From positions 18,929,760-18,993,759 of the forward strand of contig JAHRHZ010000002.1 in assembly GCA_024137785.1 (NCBI GenBank): 64,000 bases of DNA. The letters run 5' to 3'. Both the position numbers and the translations under genes were made by a program. The stretch is from Ginglymostoma cirratum (Eukaryota). The notes under the pieces are model-generated. The model searched no databases. It worked only from the letters and a program-made list of their open reading frames with translations, and had not been told where the DNA came from. This document shows positions 1 to 11,820 of this stretch, piece after piece (positions within the stretch are counted from its first letter, which is position 1; each line of letters starts with the position of its first letter).

Positions 1-180
1 CGTCAGGAAGAATTTCCCGATGAGAGAGAGAGGGAGACAGAGAGAAGAGCGAAAGATCCCGAATTTCCAGCTGTCTTCTCCACCACTGACCCCACCTCTC
101 TCACTCACTTTGCTAGGGAGTTGGCAGAGTTTTGTAATTGTTTGCTGTCGCTTGGCCCAAGTTGTTGCCGTAATTGCCCG

Positions 181-236
181 GTCTCTTTCCCTACCTCCCC
201 CCCCCCAACCTCTCTCTTTCTCTCTCTCTCTCTCTG
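181..236. repeat. C-run plus (CT)n microsatellite upstream of the C6orf47 ATG
   Basis: cctcccccccccaacctctctctttctctctctctctctctgtg is visible directly. Confidence 0.8.
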
Positions 237-250
237 TGCGTGCTGCTCGA

Positions 251-1177
251 ATGAGGACCAGAGCGGAGCCAAACGGCAGCCAGGAGCCGGGCAAAGGGAC
301 TTACATCCCGGCCAGGACCAAGAGAGGCCTCCTGGGCTGGCTGTTGCTGCTGCCGCCTCAACTGGCCGCCCTGCTGTTCGGCTGCGTGAGGCGTCTCAGA
401 AACTGGCTGCTGCTGCCACTTCCCTGGCCATGGAGGAGGAAGAGGAAGGAGAGGGAGAGGAGTGTGGAGCCGGAGTTGAAGGTGGAGGTGGAGGAGGAGG
501 TGCTGAAGAATAAGGCGAGTCGAGAGACTTCCCTGGGGCAACAGGAAGGAGGAGTGAGAGGAGCGAAGGAGGTGGTGAACCCGGCCGCCAGCACCGAGCC
601 CGAGCCCCTGGAGATCGGCTTCAACCTGGTGCGGCACCTCTTCGACGCGGCGGTGGTCTCCCTGCTGCTGGTGGCCTCTCCGCTGGCCCGGGCCACGCTC
701 GACGCTCTCGGCCTCCGCGGCCTGCTGCGCCTCTGGCTGCACGGCCTGGCTCTCTTCTTGGCCGCCTCGTACGGGCTGGCGCTGGCCGCCTGGCTGCTGC
801 GGGCCTACCTGGCGCAGTTGTGCCTGCTGTTCGGCGTGATCCAGCTGCTGGTGCTGGGGGTAAGCCTCCGGCATCGGGGCCACCGCCTGGAGGACCGTCC
901 CTGGGAGGACCGCCGCTGGGTGGACAATGGGCTGGAGGACCATCCCTTGGAGGTCCATCTCTTGGAGGGCCGCCGCTGGGAGGACAATGGGCTGGAGGAC
1001 CACCGCTGGGAGGACAATGGGTTGGAGGACCATCCCTTGGAGGACCACCGTTGGGAGGACCATCCCTTGGAGGACCGCCGCTGGGAGGACAATGGGTTGG
1101 AGGTCCAGCGCCTCGATGACCGTCTCGTGCAGTATGTGGAGGCGGTTGGAACAACAACAACAACAGGAAGCCCCTGA
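251..1177 (+). CDS. C6orf47: C6orf47 (G4, DUF4661) homologue; single-exon predicted membrane protein with C-terminal pentapeptide repeat
   Basis: The translation LEIGFNLVRHLFDAAVVSLLLVASPLARATLDALGLRGLLRLWLHGLALFLAASYGL...LCLLFGVIQLLVLGVSLR matches the human C6orf47 hydrophobic domain as recalled (LQISTNLTLHLLELL...RAALDTLGLRGPLGLWLHGLLSFLAALHGL...LFGLLQALVLAVSLR). It is GC/CpG-rich and intronless. The ORF is open from ATG 20, but 20-250 is GA/CT low-complexity, so ATG 251 is preferred; the start is uncertain. Confidence 0.88.
   Translation: MRTRAEPNGSQEPGKGTYIPARTKRGLLGWLLLLPPQLAALLFGCVRRLRNWLLLPLPWPWRRKRKERERSVEPELKVEVEEEVLKNKASRETSLGQQEGGVRGAKEVVNPAASTEPEPLEIGFNLVRHLFDAAVVSLLLVASPLARATLDALGLRGLLRLWLHGLALFLAASYGLALAAWLLRAYLAQLCLLFGVIQLLVLGVSLRHRGHRLEDRPWEDRRWVDNGLEDHPLEVHLLEGRRWEDNGLEDHRWEDNGLEDHPLEDHRWEDHPLEDRRWEDNGLEVQRLDDRLVQYVEAVGTTTTTGSP
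881..1120 (+). repeat. Coding minisatellite, 16 x 15 nt (consensus ~ NNNNNNYTGGAGGAC)
   Basis: Units read directly: HRLED RPWED RRWVD NGLED HPLEV HLLEG RRWED NGLED HRWED NGLED HPLED HRWED HPLED RRWED NGLEV QRLDD. Confidence 0.95.
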
Positions 1178-2189
1178 TGGTCGACCTCTTCTCCCTCGGC
1201 ATCAAAACCAAGGAGGTGGGACCCATATCTGTGAGCACCAAGGAATTATCGTCGTCGTCGTTACTAATTTGTTATTGTTGACTTTTTAGAAGACAACGTG
1301 ACTCCTTTCCAATTGCGTGCTTTTCTTTTGCACCCCATTCCCCCCCCCCAAAAAAAAGACAAGAAAGGCTTCACAAACTGAAATATGGATGCCAACCCCC
1401 ACCTTCGTGTCTTCGAGGCAGCCAGTTGCCTCTCCGAAAACCTCCTGGCTGGCACCGGTTTCCATGGCGACTGGGTGACTTGCTTTCTCTCACCACCCAC
1501 CCCCCCTCTCACCCCCTACCCCCCTCCTCTCTTTCACCCCCTTCCCCTTTTCCATCCTTGGACAAGGATATTGGGGTGGGGGTGAGGGGGGTTGTGTTGG
1601 AAGCGGGGAGGGGAAAGGAAAGGGGAATGTTAATGTCAGCGATGGGTAACTTTTCCACCCCCCCCCCCCCCCAAATGATGGACTCGGATGTTAAGTTGGT
1701 GGTGGGGGTGAGGGTCCTGGACCAGTGTTTTGCCGGTTTGCAGAATCACACCAGTATTAGGGTGCAGAAGGAGACTGTCCAGGTTCCCCTGGCCTACCTT
1801 TGCACCGGCTCTTTCCAAGGACCATTGTGGCTCAGTGTCCATTTTCTTGCCCGTTATTCCCCCCAACCCTCCTGTAACCCCTGCAACTTATGTGTTTAAA
1901 AAATATCTTTGTAAAAAATATCTTAAAAAGTCTTTGTTATCCTGCCATTCTGTGCGGGGACGTGTTGGATTTTGGAGAGGTGGATGGTGGACAGGGCACC
2001 CGAGTTAGGATCAGATTTAACGCTGAGGAAGGATGTGGGAGGGTTGGGTTTTTAAATTTTACTTGGGACCTCGCGATCGATGGTGCGCGAACGTCCGGAT
2101 TGTGGAGGAAGTTAGTGACTCTACTATGCCTGTGCCACATTTCAAAGGCCGGCAGCCTGAATGGATATCAAAGATGTCAGTAGCCCTCC

Positions 2190-2375
2190 ACGCTGACCTG
2201 ACTTGAAACATTGCTTCCAGGACAAAACCCCTGGAAATCTCTGTGCAATAGGTCTGTGGGTGACCCTACACCCCAAAGGACTGCAGTAGGTCAATGTGGC
2301 AGTTCACCACTACCTTCTCTAGAGCAATAAATGCTGGCTGAGCCAGCAACGCCCACATCCCATGAACAAATGTAT
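2190..2375 (+). mobile_element. LINE (L2/CR1-clade) 3' tail fragment
   Basis: Ends gagcaataaatgctggctgagccagcaacgcccacatcccatgaacaaat; the same tail recurs near 13250, 23420 and 33860. Confidence 0.65.
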
Positions 2376-3084
2376 TAAAGATTTCAAGCGATATGGGGAT
2401 ACTGTGGGAAAACGCCATTGAGGTCGCAATCGGCAATAAATGGCGGAGCAGGCTTGAGTGGCCAAATGTGTACCTTGTTACCCCTCCCCCATTCCACCCA
2501 GTCCAGCAGAACATTAGAGTGGGATTTTAGTTGGGTGTTGGGAGTGGAAACGTTCAGCTAGCGCAGGATAGAAAGGTACAATTTACAATGTGCCGTAAGA
2601 TTGCAAAAAGTGCCAACTGCGCTTTCCCCCCCAATTACCTTTAAAACCTGCAAATGAATTCCAGGGTGCACTTTCCAGGGTTGTCACTGGCATTTGTTTA
2701 GCTGTACCTTTCACTGCACTGAGTATTTTTTGACCTAACCAATGAGGTTTACTCTGGTCAGGGGGTCTTTTAGACCGGTTTCTTTGTTATTTTTGTGCAC
2801 TGTTTTTAGTGGATTTCCAAATATCACATTACAGTCTGCATCTGCAATGCAGGTCTGGGACTGAAAAAGAGAGGTTTCCCCAGGTGGAGAGGGCGTCCGG
2901 TAGAGGCAAATTCAGGAACTACACACCAGCGGTTTGGCTGAAAGGTGGGTGGGGGAGGGTGTGCCCTCAGACCTGACCTGAGCCTCCCCGTTAAACCTCT
3001 ACACACCTTTTTCATGGAGCACTTGCTAATGCTCCTGCAGTGTCTTTCCAGAATATCCTGTTTTTGTTTCATCAGGCTGGGGTT

Positions 3085-3390
3085 GCAGTGGCATAATAGT
3101 AATGTCACTGGACTCGTGATCTGGTGGTTCAGATCCCACACTGGGCAACTGCTGGAATTATAATGTATTTAATAAAATCAGAATTAAAAAAAACTATAGC
3201 CTCAGTGGTTGTGACTGTGAAACTATTGTCAATTGTTATAAAACCATAACTGAATCACTAGTGTCCTTTAGGTGAGGAAATCTGCTGTCTTTACTGGTCT
3301 GGATAAATGAAACTCCTGACCACAACTTGCCTCAGAAATAGCGCAGCAAGCCGCCTAGTCTAAAGGCAGTTAGGGATGGGCAATAAATAG
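3085..3390 (+). mobile_element. tRNA-headed SINE with LINE-derived tail
   Basis: Head gtggcataatagtaatgtcactggact...ggttcagatcccac; body gtgtcctttagg..ggaaatctgc; tail agggatgggcaataaat. Homologous to 33565-33912 and 51655-52092. Confidence 0.7.
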
Positions 3391-3394
3391 TGAC

Positions 3395-3560
3395 ACAACC
3401 TCCGCCCTCCACCTTTTCTAAAACTTTCAATTCCCCAGCCCCCAACACCTCATCTTCACCATGGATGTACAGTACCTGTATTCCCCACAACTGTTTCTCC
3501 AACAAATACAAATCTGTATTTGTTTCAGATTTTCAGCATCAGTATTTACCTTTTAAATTA
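3395..3560 (+). mobile_element. Degenerate Penelope-like fragment
   Basis: ctcatcttcaccatggatgtacagtacctgtat encodes LIFTMDVQYLY (Penelope RT-like 'FTMDVQSLYT'), followed by tgtatttgtttcagattttcagcatc, which resembles the element end. Confidence 0.45.
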
Positions 3561-3574
3561 ATTGGGAGCTCTTA

Positions 3575-4750
3575 ACGATGGAGTTTTACACACTGGGGAG
3601 CTCTGTGTGGGAGAGTGTTGCGAATGGGAAAGTGCCACGAGAGAAATATTACTCATGGAGGTCTCCACATGGTGGAATTTTACATATGTGAGAGCTCTGA
3701 GCAGGAGAGTTAATTATGGGGACCTCCATGTGGGCAAGTGTTATTTATGGGATGGCTCCATGTAGGGGAGTGTTATGTATGAAGTAGCTTGGTGTGGGGG
3801 AGCGTTACATATGGAGTAGCTCAGTGTGGAGGAGTGTTATGTATGGGGTAGCTTGGTGTGGAGGAGTGTTATGTATGGAGTAGCTCGCTGTTGGGGGTGG
3901 GGGGGGAGGGGAGGTGCAAGTGTTATGTATGGGGTTGCTCCATTGGGGGAATGTTATGTATGGAGTATCTCCATGAGGAGGAGTGTTATATATGGCGTAG
4001 CTCGGTGTGGAGGATTGTTATGTATGGATAGCTTGCTGTGTGGGGGAGTGTTATGTATGGGGTAGCTTGGTGTGAAGGATTGTTCTGTATGGGGTAGCTC
4101 GTGTTGGGGAGTGTTCTGTATGGGTGAGCTCAGTGTTGGGGAGTGTTATATTTGGGGTAGCTCGGTGTGGGAGAGTGTTATATATGGGGTAGTTTGGTGT
4201 GGGGGAGTGTTACTTGTGGGGTAGCTCCGTGTGGGGAAGTTTTATGTACGGGATAGCTCGGTGTGGGAAAGTGTTATGTATGGGGTAGCTCGCTGTGGGG
4301 GAGTGGTATGTATGAAGTACCTATATTTCAGGTAATGTAATGTTGGGGGAAAGGGTTGGAACTTTGTTTGGGAGGCTGCTATGTATGGGGAGGGTTTGTG
4401 TGGGAAAATGTTACAAATGGGGCATGTTTGTGTGGGTAAGCATAACTATGGAGGGACCTTTGTATGGGAGAGTGGTACACATGAAATATCTCCTTGTGGG
4501 GAATATTACATTTTGGGGGGGTGCTTAATGTAAGTGGTGGAAGCTCTGCTGGCAGTGTGTTAAGCGTGGAGCAATGTTGCACTTGGGGAGCTCTCTATGG
4601 GAATGTTACACATGGGGGAGTCGTGTGGTGGAATGTTTCTCATGAGAGAGTGATATGCAGTGGGCAGTTCCATTTGGTGGAGCTCAGTTTGAGTGAAGCA
4701 ACTTTGAGTGGGTGAGCTCCACATAAGGAACCTCTGCCTTGGGGAGCTCT
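3575..4750. repeat. G/T-rich minisatellite, ~31-nt unit (GGGAGTGTTATGTATGGGGTAGCTCGGTGTG), core 3760-4320, degenerate flanks
   Basis: Repeated agtgttatgtatgg...tagct motifs at ~31-nt spacing with a strong G/T strand bias. Confidence 0.9.
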
Positions 4751-5459
4751 CTGGATCTGTGAACAACTCGTTAGTGAATTCCGAGCCCATAGGTAGGTAT
4801 GAAATTGGGCACTTGTACCTTTTTAGATAATTGGTTTATCCATTTACTATTATTATTACTTATTCATGGAATAATCATGAATAAATGTATCTTCAAACCA
4901 ATGTACCCTGCAAGCTGTGCTCATGCAGTGTCACACAGCAGCCCGACGCATGCTCCACCATCCTTCAACCAGACTTCTGCTCTGGTTCAAATGTACCCAA
5001 AATTATTCCTGGTCTGTGTGGGAACAACAAAAGTTAGAAGGAACGTAGCCCCAATAGCCTCTCATTATATTATTTTTGGAAACTAATGAACCAGATAATA
5101 TTCCTTTAAATTATCAAAGGAAACTGTACCAAATTCAAATTAAAATATAATTTTGAGCGGAGCTGCTGCACTCCAACATGCAATGGGTACTCTGTTACAT
5201 ATGCCCATCACTGATGTATCTACCCAATATATCTAACATATTGTTATCAAGCTGTCTTGGATTGAGCATGCCTCACATTGTGCGCTGTGGAGCTGACTCA
5301 TATGGAGGAGGTTTGAGAGTTGGTCTGTGGTCTTTATTTGTTGTTCCTGGTTTTGATGCTGGTTGGGACCTTCTGAAATCCAGCCAGAAAAGATCTACTA
5401 TCTATGCTGTACTTTTCCTGGTAGTGTCTGATCAGGACCATGTTGAGCTGGTCTTACTT

Positions 5460-5675
5460 TCAGTGTAAAAGAGTAGAAGAAGCTTTACTTGATATCTAAC
5501 CTGGGCTGAATCTGCCGAGGGAGTATTTGGTAAGGACAGTGTAGAGGCAGGTTTATGCTATATCTAACCTGTGCTGTAACTGTCCTAAGTGTGTTTGTTG
5601 GGGACAGTACCAAGGCAGCTTTACTCTGGATCTAACCCCGTGCTGTACTTGGCCTGGGTGTGTTTGATTGGGAAA
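5460..5675. repeat. About 3 degenerate units of a ~67-nt satellite-like repeat
   Basis: Recurring acagtgtagag..gctttactctg.atctaacc..gtgctgta.ctg.cctgg.gtgtgtttg units near 5480, 5550 and 5620. Confidence 0.7.
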
Positions 5676-7299
5676 GTCGATCCTGAAGCAAAAACACAAA
5701 ATGTGTTGAAATTTCAGAATAAAGGAGACCCAATCAGGAGACACAGAAAACTATTTACTCTGAAGATTGAAACCTGGGTGAAATGCAGTGCCCATCACAC
5801 CTGCTGTGGTGTCTCTCTCTTGCAGAGGTAATAAAGCCCGCGGCATGAACAAACTTGTCAATGTAACAGGTCCCTGGTGGCTGATTGAGCAGTGTAGAGA
5901 CCTGGCTCATGCTAAGCAATTACATTATTAATAAAGTAAGATGTTATCAAAGCTGTAATGACAGAATGGATCAGCTTTGAAGGAGTGTACCCACCACGCC
6001 ATCCCCCTCCCAACCCCGACCAGGGACAAAGAATCATGAGGCAGGCAAATTTCAGGCACATGGCAGACTGTTATTCAAGCAAAAACCAGTTAATGCAGGG
6101 AAAGGGCTAAAGGATCTTCCCCAAATCTGGCCTCGATGTGAGAACATGACTATTCTCTTAATCTTTAGCTCAGATCGGAAGAGAGATCAATGACACACTC
6201 TGATTTTTACAGTGAAATACAGCATTTTTATCTGTTTGTGTCACAGTATTCACACACAGTGTGGTCACGGTGTCCTTCCCTCTTATTTCGTACACCCAAT
6301 CCTGTGAAACACCTGATCAATGATGGGCATTCCTATAGACAGCCCCAGGTTCCCATGATCTCATTAACAGACATTGTAATCACCAGGCCTTGGGATCTTT
6401 CTATGCATCAAAAGTTACTGGTTATATACCTTCTGGTCTGTCCCATACTAGCTTATTTCTAAGGACTGCTTGAATTGCTATTCATTGTATTCCATGTGCT
6501 GTCTTTATGAAGTTCTGTTAATCTTCTTATATTTTCCACTGTCTGAATTATATATATAAATATACAAAAGACAGTTGGTTTTAACTAACGGCTATAAGAT
6601 TCATAATATTAATTTCTGTTATAAAGTTAGTTATAAAGTATGAAATTATAAAGCTATTTCTACTGTTAGCACTTTGTGATTGATAAGTTGCAACCGAGCT
6701 ATGTTGTTAGGACATACCAGGCACCTTTTTAGAGATAAGCGAAAGCGTTCCCTGAGATTAATTAACTTTCACATTTATATTTAAATGTTTTTCCCCAATG
6801 CTTCTATTATACTTTGGTTATACATGTATCTATACTTATATTGAAATTTATTTCTATGATTATCTGAAGAATCTTTAACTAGAACCTATTTCTTAATATT
6901 GTGAATAACTTCAAAGAAACAACCAGTTACTACAAAATAACTTTAGCTGTTGTTTTCATAGCTGCTTAAAGAGTTAGGTTGCTGGTTCATGGGCTGAGAT
7001 TTACACCCCTTCTTCTAACTGGTACTGTTCAATTAATGGAATAACATCATTTCATTAATGAGGTTGCAATTAATCACTTATCTATCCTTAGGCATCCTCT
7101 TATCAAACTGTCTTGGACGGTTGCTTGCAGGGCCCCTTATTGACCTTGGATGTAGCCCTGTTCAGAGGTACCGTAACGTTTCACTTAAATGTTGGAGCAG
7201 GCTGTCTCATTTTGTTTAATCCTTGTCGGCCATTTTGTGTATTTCAAACATGGGCCGCCCTTACAAGCTTTATCCCTTCGTAGCCTGGGGAATAGGGCT

Positions 7300-7460
7300 G
7301 TTGATATATAAGTCACCACTGTTCTCACTCTTGCTAGGGAGTTTAATACCTCAGGCAAGGGCAAGGTTGAAAAGGTGTGGCCTCAGTTAGTACATGAATT
7401 GAACCTATGCTCTTATTATCACAGTATATCACAAGCCACACATTCAATCAAATAAGCTAA
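7300..7460 (-). mobile_element. Degenerate tRNA-derived SINE fragment
   Basis: aattgaacctatgctc...aataagctaa is the reverse complement of a tRNA-like A/B-box head. Confidence 0.45.
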
Positions 7461-7789
7461 AGCTGATTTCATTTATTGGGTTGCAATACCACAGTTTTGC
7501 AGTCCCCTCCCAGAATTGCTGCATCTGCGATCTATTGTTTAGTGGTTTTCCATGTTTTGTGACGAGCGTTTCTGTGTGCTCTGTGTTTGCAGTGTTTAAT
7601 TTGCCCACTTGCCTTTTTCTGATTTGCTGTGGGAGCTTGAGGGTATGGGCAGCAGTTGGTTTAATGATAAAACCCCTCCAGGTATGTAGCCAGTTTGAGC
7701 TGCCTTTCCTAGCCTGATGACACCAAAGGAGTCAAAACCTCACAGAATGTAGATGGACGGGAGGAGCAAGCTCCCATGCTGTCTGGCAG

Positions 7790-8050
7790 GCTCCCTTTCT
7801 ATCTCTCTCCTGATCTGTATACTGGCCCTATCTCTCTCCCTCTCCCATTTGTCTTTCTGTGCAAATTCTCCCAACACTGCCCTCTCTCTCGTAACTCTCT
7901 TGCTCTGATACTCTCTCCTTATGTTCTTTTCCCTGTCTCTCTTTCTCCATATTCTTTCTCTCTGTCTCACACACTTTACCTACCTTTCTCTCCCTATCTC
8001 CCACCTGTCTTTCACCTCTCTCTCCCCCCTCATTCAATCTGTCTCTCAGC
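7790..8050. repeat. CT-rich low-complexity tract
   Basis: Pyrimidine-rich ctctct runs; the ORFs overlapping it are artefacts. Confidence 0.8.
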
Positions 8051-8051
8051 A

Positions 8052-8330
8052 CTGTGTGACTGAGTAGAGTTTGCGCATTCTCCCCCTGTCTGTGTGGATT
8101 TCCTCTCTGTGCTCCGGTTTCCTCCCACAGGCCAAAGATATGCAGGTTAGGTGGATCGGCCGCGATAAATTGTCTGTAGTGTAAGGATGTGCAGGCTGCA
8201 TCGATTCACCATGGGAAATGCAGGGTTATGGGATAGGTTAGTGGGATGGGTCTGGGTGGGATGCTGTTGGAGGGTTGGTGTAGCTTGATGGGCCAAATGG
8301 CCTCTCCCTGCACTGCAGGGATTCTATAAC
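8052..8330 (+). mobile_element. HE1-type shark SINE, 5' truncated
   Basis: gagtttgcgcattctccccctgtctgtgtggatttcctctctgtgctccggtttcctcccacag...caaagatatgcaggttaggtggat is the V-SINE/HE1 body as recalled; tail gggattctat. Confidence 0.85.
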
Positions 8331-8334
8331 TCTT

Positions 8335-10020
8335 TGAGAGAGTGCAGTGAAGGTTCACTGAATTAATTTAGAAGAGAGCTGATCTCATTGATGTACACAA
8401 AATCCTTTTCAGGGTTGACAGAGTAGATGCAGGAACAATATTTCCCCTAACTCAGGGTTTATAGAAGATGAGGAAATGTAGTCTTAAAATAAGGGGTAGA
8501 TCATTTAGGATAGAGATGAAGAAAAATTGCTTCTCTCAAAGTGGGGCCGGGGTTGGGTTGGGTTGGGTTAGGGGAGGGGGGATGGTGTGGTGGCGATTCT
8601 GTGAAATTCTGTACCCCAGAATGCCGTTGGAAGCTCAGTCGTCGAGTATCTTCCAGCCTGAAATTAATGCAATTCTACATATTTCAAAACTATGTTGATG
8701 GTGCAGAAAAATAAAGATGACGTAAATGACCTGGCTCGATTTCATTGAATGATGGAGAATGGGCTTGAAATTCTCCTCTTCCTGTTTCCTATGTTTTAAT
8801 GATTCCTGGATAACTATTACTACTGTAAAGTGTGTTCTGCACCTGGAGTAGTTTTGGTCCTTGTATTTAAAGAAAAACTGATACACAGGCATCAAGTCAT
8901 AGTTCCTTGAAAGTGGAGTTGCGGGTAGACAGGGTATTGAAGAAGGCGTTTGGTACACTTGCCTTTACTGGTCATTGCATTGAGTATCAGAGTTGGGAGG
9001 TCATGTTGTGGCTGTACAGGACATTGGCTAGGCCACTTTTGGAATGCTGCGTTCTGGTCTCCCTGCTTTAAGAAAGATATTGTTAAACTTGAAAGGGTTC
9101 AGAAAAGATTTACAAGGATGTTGCCAGGGTTGGAGGGTTTGAGCTGTAGGTAGAGGCTAAATGGGCTGGGACTATTTTCTCTTGAGCATCAGAGGCTGAG
9201 GGGTGACCTTATAGATGTTTGTGGCATGGATAGGGTGAATAATCGAGGTCTTTTTCCCAGGGTAGGGAGTCCAAAGCTAGAGGCCATAGGTTTAAATGGA
9301 GGGGGAAAGATTTAAAAGGGACCAAAGGGGCAACCTTTTCATGCAGAGGGTGGTGTATGTATGGAATGAACTGCCAGAGGATATGGTGGAGGCTGGTACA
9401 GTTACAACATTTAACAGGCATTTGGATGGGTATATGAATGGGAACAGTTTAGAGCGATATGGGCCAAATGCTGTCAAATCAAATTAATTCAGGATATCTG
9501 GTCAGCATGGATAAGTTGGACTGAAGAGTCTTTTTCTGTGCTGTACATGTCGATGACTCTAAGTCAGTTCAAAAGAGATTCATGAGGCTGATTTTTGAAT
9601 GAATAAATGAATGAATTGAATAATGAATTAGTTTTATTAGCCTTTATGTCACGTACTGAAATGAGTACAGTGAAAAGTTTATAAGTCGCCATTTACTTGA
9701 TTCTTGGGATGAAGGAGTTGACTTATTAAGAATGCCTAAAAACATTAGGCCTTTATTCATTAGCATTTAGAAGAATGAGGAATTATCTTATTGAAATGTA
9801 AATGATTCTGAAGTTGGGAGGTTGATGGGATAGATATTGGGAAGATGTTTCCACTGGTGGGGAAATTTCAAAGTGGGGGTATTGACACTCATTTAAAACT
9901 GAGATGCAAAGGAATTTCTTCTCCCCGAAAGTAGTGAATGTCTGGAATTCTCTACCAGACAGCTGTGGAGGCTATATTAACTTGTAAAAAGGAGGTAAAC
10001 AGATCTTTGAAATATTGAAG
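8335..10020 (+). mobile_element. Cluster of CR1 LINE 3' fragments (best preserved 8940-9560)
   Basis: Translates to FWSPCFKKDIVKLERVQKRFTRMLPGLEGLS and RGNLFMQRVVYVWNELPEDMVEAGTVTTFNRHLDGYM, typical of the CR1 ORF2 C-terminus; contains frameshifts and stops. Confidence 0.85.
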
Positions 10021-10234
10021 AGTTTGTGAGACCATTTTAAGGTTTGCCTCCGAGAGCTTAATTGTACATATCGTGCATGGAGCGAGGAGACCCAGCAAGC
10101 TGTGAAGACATTATAACCATGACATCACATTGATGCACGTGAACTGCCTCAAGCTAGCACTGAGGGAAACTTAGATCATGAAACCTTATGATGCCAACAG
10201 AGGTCATTAGGCTTGCCATCCAGTTGTGCCTTTT

Positions 10235-11530
10235 TTTAAATTCACTTGTGGGATGTGGGTATTACTGTCTGCACTTTGCCCTTGAGAAGATGGTGGTGAA
10301 CTGTTGCAGTCCATATGCTGTACGTAGACCCATAATGCTGTTCGAGAGGGAATTCCAGGATGTTGATGCAGCGAAAGTTAAAGAACAGCAATACATTTCC
10401 AAGTCAGGATGGTGAGTGACTTGGAGAGGAACTTACAGGTTGTGGTAATCCAATGTATCTACTGCCCTTGTCCTTTTAGATGGTAGCGATCATGGGTTTC
10501 GAAGGTGTTGTCCAAGGAGCCCTGGTGATTTTCACAGTGCACATTGTAGATGGTACACACTGTTGCTACTCAACATTGGTGGTGAATGGAGTGGATGTGG
10601 TGCAAATCAAGTAGGCGGTTTTGTCCTGAATGTTGAGCTTCTTGAGTGTTGTTGGAGCTGCACCCATCCAGGCAAGTAGGGAGTATTCCACCACACTCCA
10701 GATTTGTGCCTTGTGGATGGTGGACAGGCTTTGGAGAGTCACTCACTGCAGTATTCCAAACCTCTGACCTGCTGTTTTGGCCACTGTGTTTATGTGGCAA
10801 GTCCAGTTGAGTTGCTAGTCACTGGTAAATCACCAGGATGATGAAGGTGGGGTATTCAGTGATAGTTATGCCATTGCATATGATGGGGTGGTGGATAGAT
10901 TGTCTCTTAATGGAGATGGTCATTGCCTGGCATTTGTGTGGTATGAATGTTACTTGTCGTTTGTTAGCCCAAGCCCATAGATTGTCTAGATCTTGTGCAT
11001 TTGAACATGGACTGCATCAGTAGCTGAAGATCACTAATGGTACTGATCTTCACTTCAGACTTTATCATGGAGAGAAAGTCATTGATGAAGCAGCTGAAGA
11101 TGGTTGGGCCTAGGAAACTACCCCAAAGAACTCGTGCAGAGGGGTCTTAGCGCTGAGATGAGGGCTCGGCAGCAAATGCAACCATCTTCCTAAGTGCCAG
11201 GTGTGACTCCAACCAATGGAGAGTTTGCCCCGATTGCAGTTTTGCTAGGCTCTTCGATGTAACACTTGGCTGAATGTAGCCCTAATGTCAACTACTTGTC
11301 ATGCTCACTTCATCTCTAGAAATCAACTCTCTTGGCCATATTTGACCCAAGACTGTAATGAGGTCAGTAGGTGAGTGGGCCTGACAGAACCCAAACTGGG
11401 TATCAGTGAATAGGTTGTACTAAGCAGGTACTGCTTGATAGCACTATTGATGACACCTTCCATCACTTTACTGATGCGAGAGAGTAGAGTGATGGGGGTG
11501 GAAAGTGGCTGGGTTAGATTTGTCCTGGGT
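10235..11530 (-). mobile_element. LINE (L2/CR1-clade) RT and 3' end fragment
   Basis: The reverse complement carries the same 3' tail as 2190-2375 and the cctggatgggtgcagctccaacaacactcaagaagc segment shared with 22390-23060; degenerate RT. Confidence 0.75.
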
Positions 11531-11820
11531 AGATACCAGTGTTGTAGTTGTACAAGAGCAGTTTGAGAATTACACCCATGAAGCTCCAGCGTTTGACTCC
11601 AAATGTGTGATTAGTTTGAAGTTCTGGAACCTAAAGACCGAACAAAACTTTGAAGACATTTCTGTTCACTTTTCCTCACGCTCATTTTCCAATTATTTCA
11701 AATCTGATCACTCACCCACTTTCCAGCGGACAAGTTTCTCCCTCTTTGCTCTGTCAACCTCTCATTATTTTGAATTTCTCTGATAGTCATAAGTAGAACA
11801 AAGGGAGAGTGGAGTCAATT

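Noticed and set aside
20-250. N-terminal extension of the C6orf47 ORF from ATG 20
   Set aside because: Runs through GA/CT low-complexity sequence and reads like 5' UTR; it cannot be fully excluded.
121-1289. Multiple long overlapping ORFs on both strands (e.g. 191-1063 -, 621-1241 -)
   Set aside because: Shadow frames of the GC-rich C6orf47 CDS and its stop-free 15-nt repeat; no independent homology.
3760-4320. Regularly spaced ~31-nt repeats resembling a CRISPR array
   Set aside because: Head-to-tail tandem units with no unique spacers, in vertebrate DNA with no cas genes.
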